Origin: Eubacteriales bacterium
GTDB taxonomy: Bacteria; Bacillota; Clostridia; Oscillospirales; RGIG5299
Assembly (NCBI GenBank): GCA_045542315.1
Contig: JAZQKU010000043.1
Span: forward strand, 3,041-67,040
Reading direction: 5' to 3'
DNA length: 64,000 bases
Each line of letters starts with the position of its first letter. Position 1 is the first letter of the stretch. The position numbers were made by a program, and so were the translations under genes. This document shows positions 8,997-19,777 of this stretch, piece by piece. The notes below the pieces were generated by a model. The model was not told the DNA's origin, searched no databases, and saw nothing but the letters and a program-made list of their open reading frames with translations.

Positions 8997-9836
8997 TTAT
9001 TCCTGCTCCCTCTTCGGGGTCTTTTCGATTGCGTCGGCAACGCATTCGAGCCAATCGCCCTCGAAAAGCTCAACGGCGCCTCTGTCTGCCGCGGCGGCAA
9101 GACGGGGGTCAATGGGCATTCTCGAGAATACGTCGATTCCGAAATCACGTGCGGTGTCGGCGATCTTCGACTTGCCGAAGATATCGTATTCCTTATCGCA
9201 ATCGGGACATTTGAAATAGCTCATATTTTCAACTATTGCCAAAACGGGAACGTTCATAAGCTTTGCCATTTTAACAGCCTTTGCAACGATCATCGAAACG
9301 AGCTCTGCGGGAGAGGTTACAATGACGATGCCGTCAACGGGAATAGACTGGAAAACGGTAAGCGGAACGTCACCGGTTCCGGGAGGCATATCCACAAACA
9401 TATAGTCAACGTCATCCCAGATAACGTCGGTCCAGAACTGCTTTACGGCGCCCGCGATAACGGGACCTCTCCAGACAACGGGGTCGGTATCGTCCTCAAG
9501 AAGCATGTTGACCGACATCATTTTAATTCCGGTCTTGCTTTTTCCCGCAAATATTCCGGTTGCGTCTGCCTCGGCCTTTTCCTTCACTCCGAACATTTTG
9601 GGAATGGAGGGACCGGTAACGTCGGCATCGAGAACTGCGGTGGAAAAGCCGCGACGCTGCATCGTTACGGCAAGAAGGGAGGAAACCATTGATTTACCTA
9701 CGCCGCCCTTGCCGCTGACTACACCGATAACCTTTTTGATGTTGGAGAGCTGATGGGGCTTTTCGATTAAACTTTGCTTTTCGCGGGAGGAGCAGTTTGA
9801 GCTGCAGGTCTCGCAGTTGTGTGTGCATTCGCTCAT
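8997..9836 (-). CDS. mrp: Mrp/NBP35 (ApbC) family iron-sulfur cluster carrier ATPase
   Basis: GKGGVGKS deviant Walker A motif and an N-terminal Cys-rich segment (CTHNCETCSSNC). Confidence 0.88.
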   Translation of the reverse strand: MSECTHNCETCSSNCSSREKQSLIEKPHQLSNIKKVIGVVSGKGGVGKSMVSSLLAVTMQRRGFSTAVLDADVTGPSIPKMFGVKEKAEADATGIFAGKSKTGIKMMSVNMLLEDDTDPVVWRGPVIAGAVKQFWTDVIWDDVDYMFVDMPPGTGDVPLTVFQSIPVDGIVIVTSPAELVSMIVAKAVKMAKLMNVPVLAIVENMSYFKCPDCDKEYDIFGKSKIADTARDFGIDVFSRMPIDPRLAAAADRGAVELFEGDWLECVADAIEKTPKREQE

Positions 9837-9857
9837 TTTATCATATCCTTTTTAAAA

Positions 9858-12257
9858 TTAAACTTTTTCGTTCATTTCGGCAATATCTGCCTGACGCATC
9901 TGTATCTCTGCCCATTCCGCCTTGGTGAGAAGCACCTGACGGGGCTTTGAACCCTCGGGAGGACCTACTATTCCGCGCTCCTCCATCTCGTCGATTATTC
10001 TTGCGGCTCTGCCGTAGCCGAGCTTCAAGCGGCGCTGAAGCATTGAGGTAGAGACGGTTCTTGCATCGATCGCTATTTCAATAGCGTCGTCTATCATCGG
10101 GTCGGAGTCGCCGTTTCCGCCGCCCTTGTCGCCCTTGCCCTTTTCGCGCTCCTCGACCTGCTTTTCTATCTCCTTCATAACGGCATCGTCGTAGTTTGCG
10201 GTGCCGTTTTCCTTTATAAAGGAGATGACGGCGGCGATGTCCTTATCGGGAATATAACAGCCCTGTGCGCGTATGCATTTATCCGAGCCCATCGGGTGAT
10301 AGAGCATATCGCCCTGTCCTATAAGCTTTTCGGCACCCGTCTGATCGAGAATAATGCCCGAGTCGATACGGCTTGCAACCGCAAAAGCTATTCTGGAGGG
10401 AATGTTGGTTTTTATAAGACCTGTGATAACGTCTGCCGAGGGACGCTGCGTTGCAACGATAAGATACATACCTGCGGCTCTTGCCTTTTGAGCAAGACGG
10501 CAGATAGAATCCTCAACCTCCTTGGGGGCAGTCATCATAAGGTCGTTAAGCTCGTCGATAACAATAACTATCTGGGGAAGCGGCTCAAGATCGGGGTCGG
10601 TTTCCGCCAAGGCGTTATATGAGAATATCTCTCTTACCGAGTTATCTGCAAATAGCTGATAGCGCTTTTGCATTTCGGCAACTGCCCAGCAAAGAGCGCC
10701 GGCCGCCTTTTTGGGGTCTGTAACAACGGGTATCATAAGGTGGGGAATGCCGTTGTAATCGGAAAGCTCAACCATCTTGGGGTCTATCATTATAAGCTTT
10801 ACCTTATCGGGCGAGGCCTTATAGATAAGCGAAACGATTATCGCGTTGATGCAGACCGATTTACCCGAGCCGGTTGCGCCCGCAATAAGAAGGTGAGGCA
10901 TCTTTGCAATATCCATAATTACCGAGCCGCCGCCTATATCCTTGCCGAGCGCGGCGGTAACGTAGCTTTTTGATTCGGAAAACTCACGGCTTGCAACTAT
11001 CTCGCGCATAAACACGGTGGTCTTGTTTTTATTGGGGACCTCAATGCCGATGGCAGCCTTACCGGGAATGGGAGCTTCGATTCTTACTCTGCTTGCGGCA
11101 AGTGCGAGGGCAAGGTCGTTTGAAAGGTTTGCTATCTTGCTTATCTTAACGCCCATACCGGGAACAAGCTCGAATCTCGTTATCGATGGACCTCTTGAAA
11201 CGTTTGTTATTCTCGTTTCAACGCCAAACGAGGCAAGAGTTGAAACGATTTTGTCCGCCATCTGGCGCATTTCGGCGGTGGCGTCGATATTTTCCGCATT
11301 GCCCTTGGTAAGAAGGGTAATGGGCGGGAAACGGTAGGGCTTTTCGGCAGGTCTTTCGGACTTTGCCGAGGCCTCGATCTCGTTTATCATCTTCGCCTTT
11401 TCCTCGGCGGTAACGGTTATCCTCTCGGTCTCCTCGGGAGAAACGGGGGAGGGAATTGAAATTTCGGGAATTTCCGTTTCGTCGGGCTCAAAGGGAGGTC
11501 TTTCCTCCGAAAGAGGAATATCGATAGCGCTTCGCTTTTTCCTTTTTTCTTTTTTGGGCTTTTCCTCTGGCTCGTCGATGGGAATGTCGATGTTGACGTC
11601 ACCTATCGGCATAGGCTTCCTTTTGGGAGGCTCCTCAGAAACGGGCTCCTCCTTCTTTGCTTCCTTTTTCGAGGCCTTTTTTGCCTTTATTTTATCCCAA
11701 AGCTTCGAAATTATAGCTGCAACCGAAATATCGAAATACAAAACGAGTGAAACCACTGCGGCAAAAATAAAGATGAGCGCCGAAAGCACCGCACCGATGC
11801 CGCTTGCGAGAGGATAGCCTAAAACTCCGCCTATAACGCCGCCCGAAAAGAGGCTTTTGTTAGAAACGTTAAAAAGGGAGGTGAGCATCGCGGAGAAGGT
11901 TGAGGCATCGATCCCATCTCTTGCAAAGAGAGAAAAGACCGCGGAGAGCGAGATGAACATTATCGCTCCCGAAACAAGCTTCACGGCGCGTCTTGCGGTT
12001 TTGGGGAATACCGCGTAAACGCCGCTTATTGCCATAATTACGGGCAAAAGGTAGGCGGGGAAGCCGAAAAGACCCAAAAGCACCGATCTTATCCACGCGC
12101 CTGCCGTGCCGATGTCGAAAAATAACACGGCTATAAAGGCAATGGCAAGGAAAAAGAGGGCAATGCCCGCTATCTGCGCGCCGAGATTTTTCTTCGGCGC
12201 CTCGGCGGCTTTCTTTTTCACGTTATTCATTTTCCGGGATTTTTTAGCTTTAGCCAT
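9858..12257 (-). CDS. ftsK: DNA translocase FtsK/SpoIIIE
   Basis: 799 aa with N-terminal TM helices, a K/E/P-rich linker, a motor domain ([13 protein letters not shown]) and a C-terminal gamma domain. Confidence 0.92.
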   Translation of the reverse strand: MAKAKKSRKMNNVKKKAAEAPKKNLGAQIAGIALFFLAIAFIAVLFFDIGTAGAWIRSVLLGLFGFPAYLLPVIMAISGVYAVFPKTARRAVKLVSGAIMFISLSAVFSLFARDGIDASTFSAMLTSLFNVSNKSLFSGGVIGGVLGYPLASGIGAVLSALIFIFAAVVSLVLYFDISVAAIISKLWDKIKAKKASKKEAKKEEPVSEEPPKRKPMPIGDVNIDIPIDEPEEKPKKEKRKKRSAIDIPLSEERPPFEPDETEIPEISIPSPVSPEETERITVTAEEKAKMINEIEASAKSERPAEKPYRFPPITLLTKGNAENIDATAEMRQMADKIVSTLASFGVETRITNVSRGPSITRFELVPGMGVKISKIANLSNDLALALAASRVRIEAPIPGKAAIGIEVPNKNKTTVFMREIVASREFSESKSYVTAALGKDIGGGSVIMDIAKMPHLLIAGATGSGKSVCINAIIVSLIYKASPDKVKLIMIDPKMVELSDYNGIPHLMIPVVTDPKKAAGALCWAVAEMQKRYQLFADNSVREIFSYNALAETDPDLEPLPQIVIVIDELNDLMMTAPKEVEDSICRLAQKARAAGMYLIVATQRPSADVITGLIKTNIPSRIAFAVASRIDSGIILDQTGAEKLIGQGDMLYHPMGSDKCIRAQGCYIPDKDIAAVISFIKENGTANYDDAVMKEIEKQVEEREKGKGDKGGGNGDSDPMIDDAIEIAIDARTVSTSMLQRRLKLGYGRAARIIDEMEERGIVGPPEGSKPRQVLLTKAEWAEIQMRQADIAEMNEKV

Positions 12258-12293
12258 TTAAACACCCAACTTTCAACGAAAGAAATTTTTGAA

Positions 12294-13148
12294 TTATTTA
12301 ATAAAAGACCATATTACGGCAAATATACCCACGATACCGCAGTAGATCGAGAATATGAAGAATTTATTTTTCTCGGAGATAAGCTTTACCATCCAGATAG
12401 CCAGAACGCCGACGACGGCGGCAACGGCGGCCCCCGCGATGCAGTAGATAACGGGAGTTTCCATTCCCACCTCGATCACGTCGAGAATGGTAAGAAGATT
12501 TGCGCCGAGCACTGCGGGGATAGACATAACGAAGGCAAACTCAACGGCAAAGGCTTTGTCAAAGCCGCAAAGAAGTCCGCCTGTTATGGTGGCACCCGAG
12601 CGTGAAATGCCGGGAAGGGTGGCAACCGCCTGGAAAAGACCTACTATAAGGGGGTGACGGAGCTTTGCGTTTTCGCAGGTTATCTTTCCCTTTGAAAAAC
12701 GGTCGCACAAAACGAGAAGACCCGATGTAAGAATAAGCAAAAGACCTACTGCGAGAGTGCTTGCGAAAAGTGCCTCGATCTTATCTTTAACAAGAAGCAC
12801 GAAGAAAAGCGGAATCATTGAAATAATAACGTAAACGAGCATTTTTTCGTATTTTTCCGCCGCCTTGAAGCTGTATTTTCCCGTGAATATCTTTTTTACC
12901 GATGAGAAAAAGGCCTTGATAAGTCCCCACACGGTGGCCCTGAAGACCACGATGACCGCAACGAGTGTGCCGAAGTGAAGAAATACGTCAAACGCTAAAT
13001 TTTCCGCCTCGTTATAGGAAAGACCGAAGATCTGCTGTGCAAGCACGAGATGTCCCGAGCTTGAAATGGGTAAAAATTCGGCAAGCCCCTGAATAATACC
13101 CAAAAGAATCGCTTTGATAAAACCCATGATAAAACTCCTATCTGTCAA
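12294..13148 (-). CDS. uppP: undecaprenyl-diphosphate phosphatase
   Basis: GLAEFLPISSSGHL and PGISRSGATI are BacA/UppP signature motifs. Confidence 0.9.
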   Translation of the reverse strand: MTDRSFIMGFIKAILLGIIQGLAEFLPISSSGHLVLAQQIFGLSYNEAENLAFDVFLHFGTLVAVIVVFRATVWGLIKAFFSSVKKIFTGKYSFKAAEKYEKMLVYVIISMIPLFFVLLVKDKIEALFASTLAVGLLLILTSGLLVLCDRFSKGKITCENAKLRHPLIVGLFQAVATLPGISRSGATITGGLLCGFDKAFAVEFAFVMSIPAVLGANLLTILDVIEVGMETPVIYCIAGAAVAAVVGVLAIWMVKLISEKNKFFIFSIYCGIVGIFAVIWSFIK

Positions 13149-13911
13149 AAATTTCTTTGATTGCTTCTATTGAAACTGCCTTGCCATTTTCACATTCAAT
13201 GACAACGCCGTTTATAAGAAAAGGGGGCGTGTCTGCCTGAACGAGCTTTTGCTTGCCGCCGTTTACGAAGCGGTCGATAACCTCTTCCTTGTTTACCCCG
13301 AGCACGCTGTTTAACGAGCCGCAAAAGCCTGCGTCGGAGATAAAGGCGGTGCCGCCCTCTAAAATTTCGGCGTCGTTGGTCTGGGCGTGGGTGTGGGTGC
13401 CGATGACCGCCGTTGCGATCCCGTCAAGCCAAAATCCCATTGCTCTTTTCTCACTCGAGGCCTCGGCGTGAAAGTCAACTATAACTGTATCGGTTTCCTC
13501 CTTGAGCCTTAATACCTCACTTTTTGCCGCAATAAACGGATTTTCACATTTTGACACCATATTGACGGTGCCCGAAACCGATATAACTCCGACCTTGAAG
13601 CGGACGGCGTCGTAGATAACGCTTCCCACGCCGCTATCGGTGCTCCAATTAAGCGGCCTCAAAATGTAAGGAATATCAAAAACGTCGCGGCTTCCTCTGT
13701 CAAATGAGTGGTTGCCGCCGCTTATAACGTCGGCGCCCGCGGCAAAGATCGCGTTTGCCTCGTATTCGGTAATTCCGTTTCCGGGTGCGGAATTTTCGCC
13801 GTTTACCACCGTGAAATCGGCATTGTATTTGTTTTTAAGCCTCGGAAGCTTATTCACGAGAAGCTCCACGCCGCCTCTGCCGACAACGTCGGCAATAAAA
13901 AGTATTCTCAT
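13138..13911 (-). CDS. ymdB: YmdB-family metallophosphoesterase (TIGR00282)
   Basis: MRILFIADVVGRGG ... VVNGENSAPGNGIT ... GNHSFD motifs. Its stop region overlaps the uppP start by 11 nt. Confidence 0.85.
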   Translation of the reverse strand: MRILFIADVVGRGGVELLVNKLPRLKNKYNADFTVVNGENSAPGNGITEYEANAIFAAGADVISGGNHSFDRGSRDVFDIPYILRPLNWSTDSGVGSVIYDAVRFKVGVISVSGTVNMVSKCENPFIAAKSEVLRLKEETDTVIVDFHAEASSEKRAMGFWLDGIATAVIGTHTHAQTNDAEILEGGTAFISDAGFCGSLNSVLGVNKEEVIDRFVNGGKQKLVQADTPPFLINGVVIECENGKAVSIEAIKEIFDR

Positions 13912-13924
13912 AAAAGCTCCTTTA

Positions 13925-15049
13925 TCACAAGGCTTCCTGCCAATTTTTCTTTTTGTGGCGCATAACCGACAAAACGAGCCCTACGGCAAGCCATACGGAA
14001 AGCATTGAGGAGCCGCCCGCCGAGAAGAAGGGAAGGGTAATGCCGATAACGGGTGTAAGCCCCACGCACATTCCTATATTGATTATTATCTGCACCAGAA
14101 ACATTGCCGAAACGCCGACCAGAATGGCCCTTCCGAAGCTGTCGGTGCTTTTTTTGGTATTATAAAAAATACGCGATACGATAAAAAGAAGAAGAACGAC
14201 TGCCGTCATACAGCCGAAAAATCCGAACTCCTCGCCGCAGACGGCGAAGATAAAATCGGTGTGCTTTGCGGGCAAGGCGTTTGTCTGCGTCATTACCCCT
14301 TGCATATAGCCCGCTCCGAAGAACTTTCCGCTTCCCAAAGCGATCTTTGAACGAATGACCTGATAGCCGTAGCCGAGCGGGTCAAGCTCGGGATTGAAAA
14401 GGGTGAGTATTCTGAAGCGCTGCCTGTCCTTCAGAACGAAGTTCCAGATAAAAGGTATTGCTCCGATAACGGGAACTATGCAAAGCACGAGATATTTGAT
14501 TCTGAAGCCGGCGGTGATTATCATTATAAGGAAGATAAGACCGTAGACGGTCGCCATTCCCATATCATTCTGAATAAGCACGCCAACTATATATGCTCCC
14601 GCATGCAAAAAGAGGAAAAAGAGATTTTTCGGGTTGTTTATTTCGTCACCGAGATAGCTTACGTGTGCCGCGATTGTGACGATGTAAACGAGCTTGATAA
14701 ACTCGGAGGGCTGAACGGAAACTCCAAACACCACGAGCCAGCTGTTGTTGCCTGCGATCTCGGGCGCAAAAAGTCCAACCGCCACGAGGGCAAGGACAGC
14801 CACCGGCACACAAAACTTTGAGATAGGCTCAAAGAGATGATAGTCGATCAACGAAATAACGAGAGCGAGCAAAAGGCCCAAGACCGCGGCGGCGATCTGC
14901 ACCAGGACCAAACGGTCGGGCGAAACTCCCGCAGGCGGGTTATTTACCGCCGAAATAACGAGAGCGATTCCGAAAACGGACGCACAAAGAGCGCCTGCCA
15001 ATAAAGGCAGGTCAAGCGGCTTTATGAAGCCTTGCAAAAGCTTCCTCAT
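13925..15049 (-). CDS. FtsW/RodA/SpoVE family peptidoglycan glycosyltransferase
   Basis: 374 aa and about 10 TM helices, with SHAPE-family motifs (QPSEF.K, HTDFIFAVCGEEFGF). Confidence 0.88.
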   Translation of the reverse strand: MRKLLQGFIKPLDLPLLAGALCASVFGIALVISAVNNPPAGVSPDRLVLVQIAAAVLGLLLALVISLIDYHLFEPISKFCVPVAVLALVAVGLFAPEIAGNNSWLVVFGVSVQPSEFIKLVYIVTIAAHVSYLGDEINNPKNLFFLFLHAGAYIVGVLIQNDMGMATVYGLIFLIMIITAGFRIKYLVLCIVPVIGAIPFIWNFVLKDRQRFRILTLFNPELDPLGYGYQVIRSKIALGSGKFFGAGYMQGVMTQTNALPAKHTDFIFAVCGEEFGFFGCMTAVVLLLFIVSRIFYNTKKSTDSFGRAILVGVSAMFLVQIIINIGMCVGLTPVIGITLPFFSAGGSSMLSVWLAVGLVLSVMRHKKKNWQEAL

Positions 15050-15079
15050 TCGCTTTCGTTCCTCTCTGCTTTAATAAAT

Positions 15080-16360
15080 TTATTCAGCCGATTCAAAAAC
15101 CTCGCCGTCGGCGGCAAGCTCAAGAGCCGCCGTGGCTTCCGATTCCGAAAGCCCGGAAACGCCCTTTAATTTCGAGCGTATCATTCTCGAACGGGTGCCG
15201 ATAAGGGTGTCGAGATCCTTGCTTGCGTCGTCAAGCTTTTTCTGAGTCTTTTCCAAAAGACCGCCGAACTTATCGAATTCGGTCTTTACTGCGCCTAAAA
15301 TGCTCCATACCTCACTTGAGCGCTTCTGTATTTTAAGGGTCTGGAAGCCCATCTGCAGGCTGTTTAAAAGCGCCGCTACGGTTGACGGACCGCAGACGTT
15401 TATTTTATATTCCCGCAAAAGCGCTTCGATAAGCTCGCCCTTTGCCGCCTCGGCGTAAAGACCCTCGGAGGGTAAGAACATGATCGCAAAATCGGTGGTA
15501 ACGGGGGGTGCTACGTATTTTTCCGAAATGGATCTTGCCTCGGCCTTAAAAGCTCTGTGAAGCTCCTTCCTTGCGGCCTCAACAGCCGACTTGTCGCCGG
15601 ATTCGTAGGCATCGAGAAGATGGTTGTAGGTTATGACGGGGAATTTCGAGTCGATAGGCAGATAAACGGGATCCTCGCCCTTTCCGGGAAGCTTCACAAC
15701 GAAGTCAACGCGGTCAAGACTTCCTGACGTTACTGCAAACTGCTTTTCCCAAAGCTTTTGGGGAAGTATCTCGGTGAGAATGCTTTCAAGCTGTATCTCT
15801 CCCATATTTCCGCTTGCCTTTACGTTGGTAAGGGCGTTTTTGAGGTCACCCACGCTTGATGCGAGCGACTGCATCTCTCCAAGCCCCTTTTGCACCGCTT
15901 CAAGCCTTTCGGAAACGGTGTTGAAGGATTGGGCAAAGCGCTCGTTTAAGGTCTTTTGGAGCTTTTCGTCAACAACTACCTTTATTTCGTTAAGCTTCGT
16001 TTCGTTTTCCTTTTTCATTCCGTCAATGCTTTTTTCTGTGTTTTCCTTTATGGCATTAAGACTCTTTTCGTTTGATTCGGCAAAGGTTTTGAAGCGAGAG
16101 TCCATTGAATTGGAAAGATCGTTTACCGTTTTGCGGAGAGTTTCCATCGAGTTGTTCTGATTTTCCGAAACGGTGCGGCTTATTTCCGAAACCGATTTAA
16201 GCTGCAGGGCAATAAGAGCGTTATCTCTTTCTGCGCGCTCGTCGATTATCTTCTTTATTTCGTCGGTGTTGCTCTTTTGCTTTTTCGTTACCACCGCAAT
16301 AAGCGCCGCGGCGGAAAAAAGACAGGCAAGAGCGGAAAGCACAACTGCAATCGTTTCCAT
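15080..16360 (-). CDS. rmuC: DNA recombination protein RmuC
   Basis: N-terminal TM helix, long coiled coil and C-terminal RmuC nuclease-like domain. Start set at ATG 16360 (METIAV), which has an AAAGGA RBS, rather than the upstream TTG. Confidence 0.85.
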   Translation of the reverse strand: METIAVVLSALACLFSAAALIAVVTKKQKSNTDEIKKIIDERAERDNALIALQLKSVSEISRTVSENQNNSMETLRKTVNDLSNSMDSRFKTFAESNEKSLNAIKENTEKSIDGMKKENETKLNEIKVVVDEKLQKTLNERFAQSFNTVSERLEAVQKGLGEMQSLASSVGDLKNALTNVKASGNMGEIQLESILTEILPQKLWEKQFAVTSGSLDRVDFVVKLPGKGEDPVYLPIDSKFPVITYNHLLDAYESGDKSAVEAARKELHRAFKAEARSISEKYVAPPVTTDFAIMFLPSEGLYAEAAKGELIEALLREYKINVCGPSTVAALLNSLQMGFQTLKIQKRSSEVWSILGAVKTEFDKFGGLLEKTQKKLDDASKDLDTLIGTRSRMIRSKLKGVSGLSESEATAALELAADGEVFESAE

Positions 16361-16507
16361 AAATAAACGTCCTTTTCGCAATTTAATAGTTGATTTAATA
16401 ATACCTCATAATATTATAACAAATAATTTAAATAATTTAAAGGGCTTTTTGCAAAAAAGTGGCGAAAAAATATAAAAAATTTTATAATGAAATTTAGTAA
16501 AAAGTTA

Positions 16508-16536
16508 TTGACAAACGATAATACGTGTGATACAAT
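16508..16536 (+). promoter_or_regulatory. sigma-A type promoter
   Basis: TTGACA, 17 bp spacer, TACAAT. Confidence 0.5.
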
Positions 16537-16559
16537 ATTTAACGAAAGAGGTGTTTTTT

Positions 16560-17006
16560 ATGTTAAACTACAAACGCTCTGCAAGATTTACTCTCTGGGT
16601 GCTTGCAATAGGGTCGGCGGCGCTTCTGGCGCTCTTTATCGGTGCTCCGTTTTTAATGCCGTTTCTTGAAAAGATCGGTCACGGCACAAAAACAGAATAC
16701 ACCGTTTTTCTCGTGGCATTTTACATTACGGCAACCCTCGGATTTGCGGTGATCGCACTGCTTTTCAAGCTTTTGAAAAACGTTATCGGAGAGCGTCTTT
16801 TCGTCACCGAAAACGTGAAGCTTTTAAATGCGGTGTCCTATCTCTGCTTTGCGGTAGTACCCGTTTGCTTTGCGGCGGGATTCTGGTTTATCACTCTGTT
16901 TGCCTTCTCACTTGCGGCACTTTTTATGGGATTTGTGGTGCGTATCGTAATGCACTCCTTTGAATATGCCGTCGAAATAAAAGAAGAAAACGAACTTACC
17001 GTGTGA
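16560..17006 (+). CDS. DUF2975-like membrane protein
   Basis: Four-TM protein immediately upstream of a YozG-type HTH gene, which is the classic pairing. Start at ATG 16560 after AAGAGG. Confidence 0.65.
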   Translation: MLNYKRSARFTLWVLAIGSAALLALFIGAPFLMPFLEKIGHGTKTEYTVFLVAFYITATLGFAVIALLFKLLKNVIGERLFVTENVKLLNAVSYLCFAVVPVCFAAGFWFITLFAFSLAALFMGFVVRIVMHSFEYAVEIKEENELTV

Positions 17007-17016
17007 GGTGCGAAAT

Positions 17017-17226
17017 ATGCCTATAATAGTAAATCTCGACGTAATGCTCGCAAAGCGTAAAATGGCATCAAACGAGCTTGCCGCAAAGATCAATATAACC
17101 ACTGCAAACCTTTCGATTTTAAAGACGGGCAAGGCAAAGGCTGTGCGCTTCCAGACCCTTGAAAAGATCTGTAAGGAGCTTGATTGCCAGCCCGGCGACA
17201 TTCTGGAATACAGAAAAGAGGAATAA
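17017..17226 (+). CDS. YozG-like XRE-family HTH transcriptional regulator
   Basis: MPIIVNLDVMLAKRKM.SNELA..I.IT.ANLS.LK.GKAKA.RF.TLE.IC..L.CQPGDILEY is the YozG consensus. Confidence 0.85.
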   Translation: MPIIVNLDVMLAKRKMASNELAAKINITTANLSILKTGKAKAVRFQTLEKICKELDCQPGDILEYRKEE

Positions 17227-17228
17227 TT

Positions 17229-18773
17229 ATGGAAAACGTTTTTTCTCCCGAAAAAGCAACGTCGGGAAACGGAAGGATAATGTCGCAAAGAGAAAAAACC
17301 GTCTTCGCATTTGTTTTTCTTGCATTAAGCTTTATGATCGTTTCTCTGGGCTTTTTCGGAGGAATGAGGCTGGGACTCACCGTTTCTCTTTTTGCGGTTT
17401 TTGTTGCCGCCACCGTCTATTTCCGCGGCTTCCCGAGAATAACCTTCTTCGGCGCCGCAATGGGAATTTTTGCTGTTCTGACCTCGGCGGTCTTCGCTCT
17501 TCACACCGACGTTTACGGGAATTTTATAGCCTTTAATACGGTGATATGGTGCAGTTCCGTCTATCTTATAGAGATATCGGGAACGGCGCGTTTTTTCTCG
17601 GGCTGCTGGCTCTATATAATCGATATATTAAGGGTAATATTCGTAAATCCCTTCCGCTATATCGGAAACGCCTTCAGGGTGACGGTTCCGCCCCTTTCGG
17701 ATAAATCCAAAAAGACGGCGGGCTACGCGATTGCGGGCGTTGTGCTTGCCCTTATATTCCTTCCCGTCATCGTTCCGCTTCTCATTTCGGCAGACGTTGC
17801 ATTTTCCTCCCTGATGGAAAGAATATTCGGAGATATCGGTGAAATTATTGCCGAAATAATTTTGAGCCTTATCCTTTTTCCGCTTGTGATGTCCCTCTTT
17901 TTCGGACTTCGAAGCGGTGCCGATACCCCGAAGAAAAAGCCCGATCCGGACGACGTAAACAAGCTCAAGCGCCTTGAGCCGATAATGTTTAACGTTTTGC
18001 TTTCGGCAATTTCGGTCTTTTATCTCATCTATCTTTTCTCACAGCTTGCCTATTTCTTCAATGCATTTTCGGGCATTTTACCCGAAAGCTACGATTTTAC
18101 CTACGCCGACTATGCCCGTCGCGGCTTTTTTGAAATGACGGCGATAGCCGCAATAAATCTTTTCCTCCTGTTCGTTTCCAACGCCTTCTCAAAGGAAAAC
18201 GGAAGGAACGTCTATTTAAAAGCCGTTTCGGTCTTTGTCTGCGTTTTCACCGAGATAATCGCGGCTACCTCTCTTTCCAAAATGGTGATGTATATAAACG
18301 CTTACGGACTTACAAAGCTCCGTATTATAACCTCGATTTTCACCGTTTTCATCTTTTTGGTGGTGATTTTTGCCGCTCTTAAAATAATTGTCAGGCGCTT
18401 CTCTTATATGAAAGCGGTAATTTTAACGGCGGTTATTTTAAACGCGGCTACCGCCCTTGTCGGCATCGACAGAACGGTTGCGGCCTACAACACCGAGGCG
18501 TATTTCAGCGGAAAGCTTGAAAAGGTTGACGTTTCCACCGTTTCGGAGCTCGGCGACGCGGGCGTGCCTTATCTCGTAAGGCTTGCTTATGCCGACGACC
18601 CGAAGGTAGCAAAGGAAGCAAGACGTGAGCTTAAGGCGGAAAGCCACCGTTATCTTGAGAAAAATGCAGACGGAAGCTTTGTGAAAAAGCCGCAAAAATT
18701 CTTAAGAGGCTACAACGTGACCTACGAGGCGGCGGCAAACGCCGTTTTTAAAAATTCGGAGCTGCTTAACTGA
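17229..18773 (+). CDS. large polytopic membrane protein (DUF4153/DUF4173-like)
   Basis: About 514 aa with many TM helices. ATG at 17229 lies 2 nt after the yozG-like stop. The family name is from recall. Confidence 0.6.
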   Translation: MENVFSPEKATSGNGRIMSQREKTVFAFVFLALSFMIVSLGFFGGMRLGLTVSLFAVFVAATVYFRGFPRITFFGAAMGIFAVLTSAVFALHTDVYGNFIAFNTVIWCSSVYLIEISGTARFFSGCWLYIIDILRVIFVNPFRYIGNAFRVTVPPLSDKSKKTAGYAIAGVVLALIFLPVIVPLLISADVAFSSLMERIFGDIGEIIAEIILSLILFPLVMSLFFGLRSGADTPKKKPDPDDVNKLKRLEPIMFNVLLSAISVFYLIYLFSQLAYFFNAFSGILPESYDFTYADYARRGFFEMTAIAAINLFLLFVSNAFSKENGRNVYLKAVSVFVCVFTEIIAATSLSKMVMYINAYGLTKLRIITSIFTVFIFLVVIFAALKIIVRRFSYMKAVILTAVILNAATALVGIDRTVAAYNTEAYFSGKLEKVDVSTVSELGDAGVPYLVRLAYADDPKVAKEARRELKAESHRYLEKNADGSFVKKPQKFLRGYNVTYEAAANAVFKNSELLN

Positions 18774-18859
18774 ATCAAAGCCAATAAAAACGCGGGAAGC
18801 ATCGGGTTGTACCATAAAGGACAGTTTTACCCACCAGTAGAAAAAACAAAAAACGAAGA

Positions 18860-18888
18860 TTGATTTTCTGTCAGTTTTGAAATATAAT
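18860..18888 (+). promoter_or_regulatory. sigma-A type promoter
   Basis: TTGATT, 17 bp spacer, TATAAT. Confidence 0.5.
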
Positions 18889-18959
18889 AGTGTGTGTTTA
18901 ACACTGTGCATAAAGATGTTTTCTTACGATAAATAGAATATGACGAAGGAGGCTTTATC

Positions 18960-19445
18960 ATGAGACATGTAAAGTTAATCATAGCAACTATCATTATTTG
19001 CATTGTTTTTTCTTCTTGTAGCACCGTAGGTAGCAGACGAACCGAATACTTTGGTTTCAAAATAAGTGTGTTTACTGTTATAGAGGAGAAAGACACACAT
19101 GGTTTTCATGGTGATGGCTCGTATTATCTAATTTTGGACTGCTCAGAAAAAAGAGCGCAAGCAACGGAACTTATTAGGGGTTGGACACCGCTTCCTCTTA
19201 CGGAGAATTTGCAGTTGATTATGTATGGCGGTGAAAAAGATGGTGTAGTCTATTGCCATAATCTCGCAGAAGAAGCACATTGGCCTATTATCAACAACGG
19301 TGTTTATAAATTTGTTGACCGCCACTCGGAAGCAAGCGGCAAGTCAGATGACACAAACCTATTCAGCAGATACTCTTTTAATTTTTCTATTGCAGCATAT
19401 GATTTAGACACTAACACATTGTATTATTTTGAATTTGACACTTAA
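18960..19445 (+). CDS. hypothetical lipoprotein
   Basis: Lipobox-like signal IICIVFSSC, GAAGGAGG RBS, and visibly AT-richer than its neighbours. Confidence 0.6.
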   Translation: MRHVKLIIATIIICIVFSSCSTVGSRRTEYFGFKISVFTVIEEKDTHGFHGDGSYYLILDCSEKRAQATELIRGWTPLPLTENLQLIMYGGEKDGVVYCHNLAEEAHWPIINNGVYKFVDRHSEASGKSDDTNLFSRYSFNFSIAAYDLDTNTLYYFEFDT

Positions 19446-19719
19446 TTGTTAGCCCAATCCGATTTGTCTAACAGATTTACACCGCACCAAAGCGTCCCTT
19501 TACACAAGGGAGGCTTTTTTGTTCACCTATGACTTGTCAATTTTCCTGACAAGCACTGCATTTGTGTCCACAAATGCAAAAATACGGCATACCTCTTTCG
19601 AGATATACCGCATTTTTGAAAACTGTCCTTAAGAGTGCAACTCTATAGCTTTCCGCGTTTTTATTTTCAAAAATCTGTCGAAATAGCGAAAGTTAAGAGG
19701 AAAAAACGAAAATATTTAC

Positions 19720-19748
19720 TTGATTATAAACTACATTGATGTTATAAT
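19720..19748 (+). promoter_or_regulatory. sigma-A type promoter with extended -10 (iorAB)
   Basis: TTGATT, 17 bp spacer, TATAAT preceded by TGT. Confidence 0.5.
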
Positions 19749-19777
19749 ATAATATACACAATTAAAGACTGGAGCAA

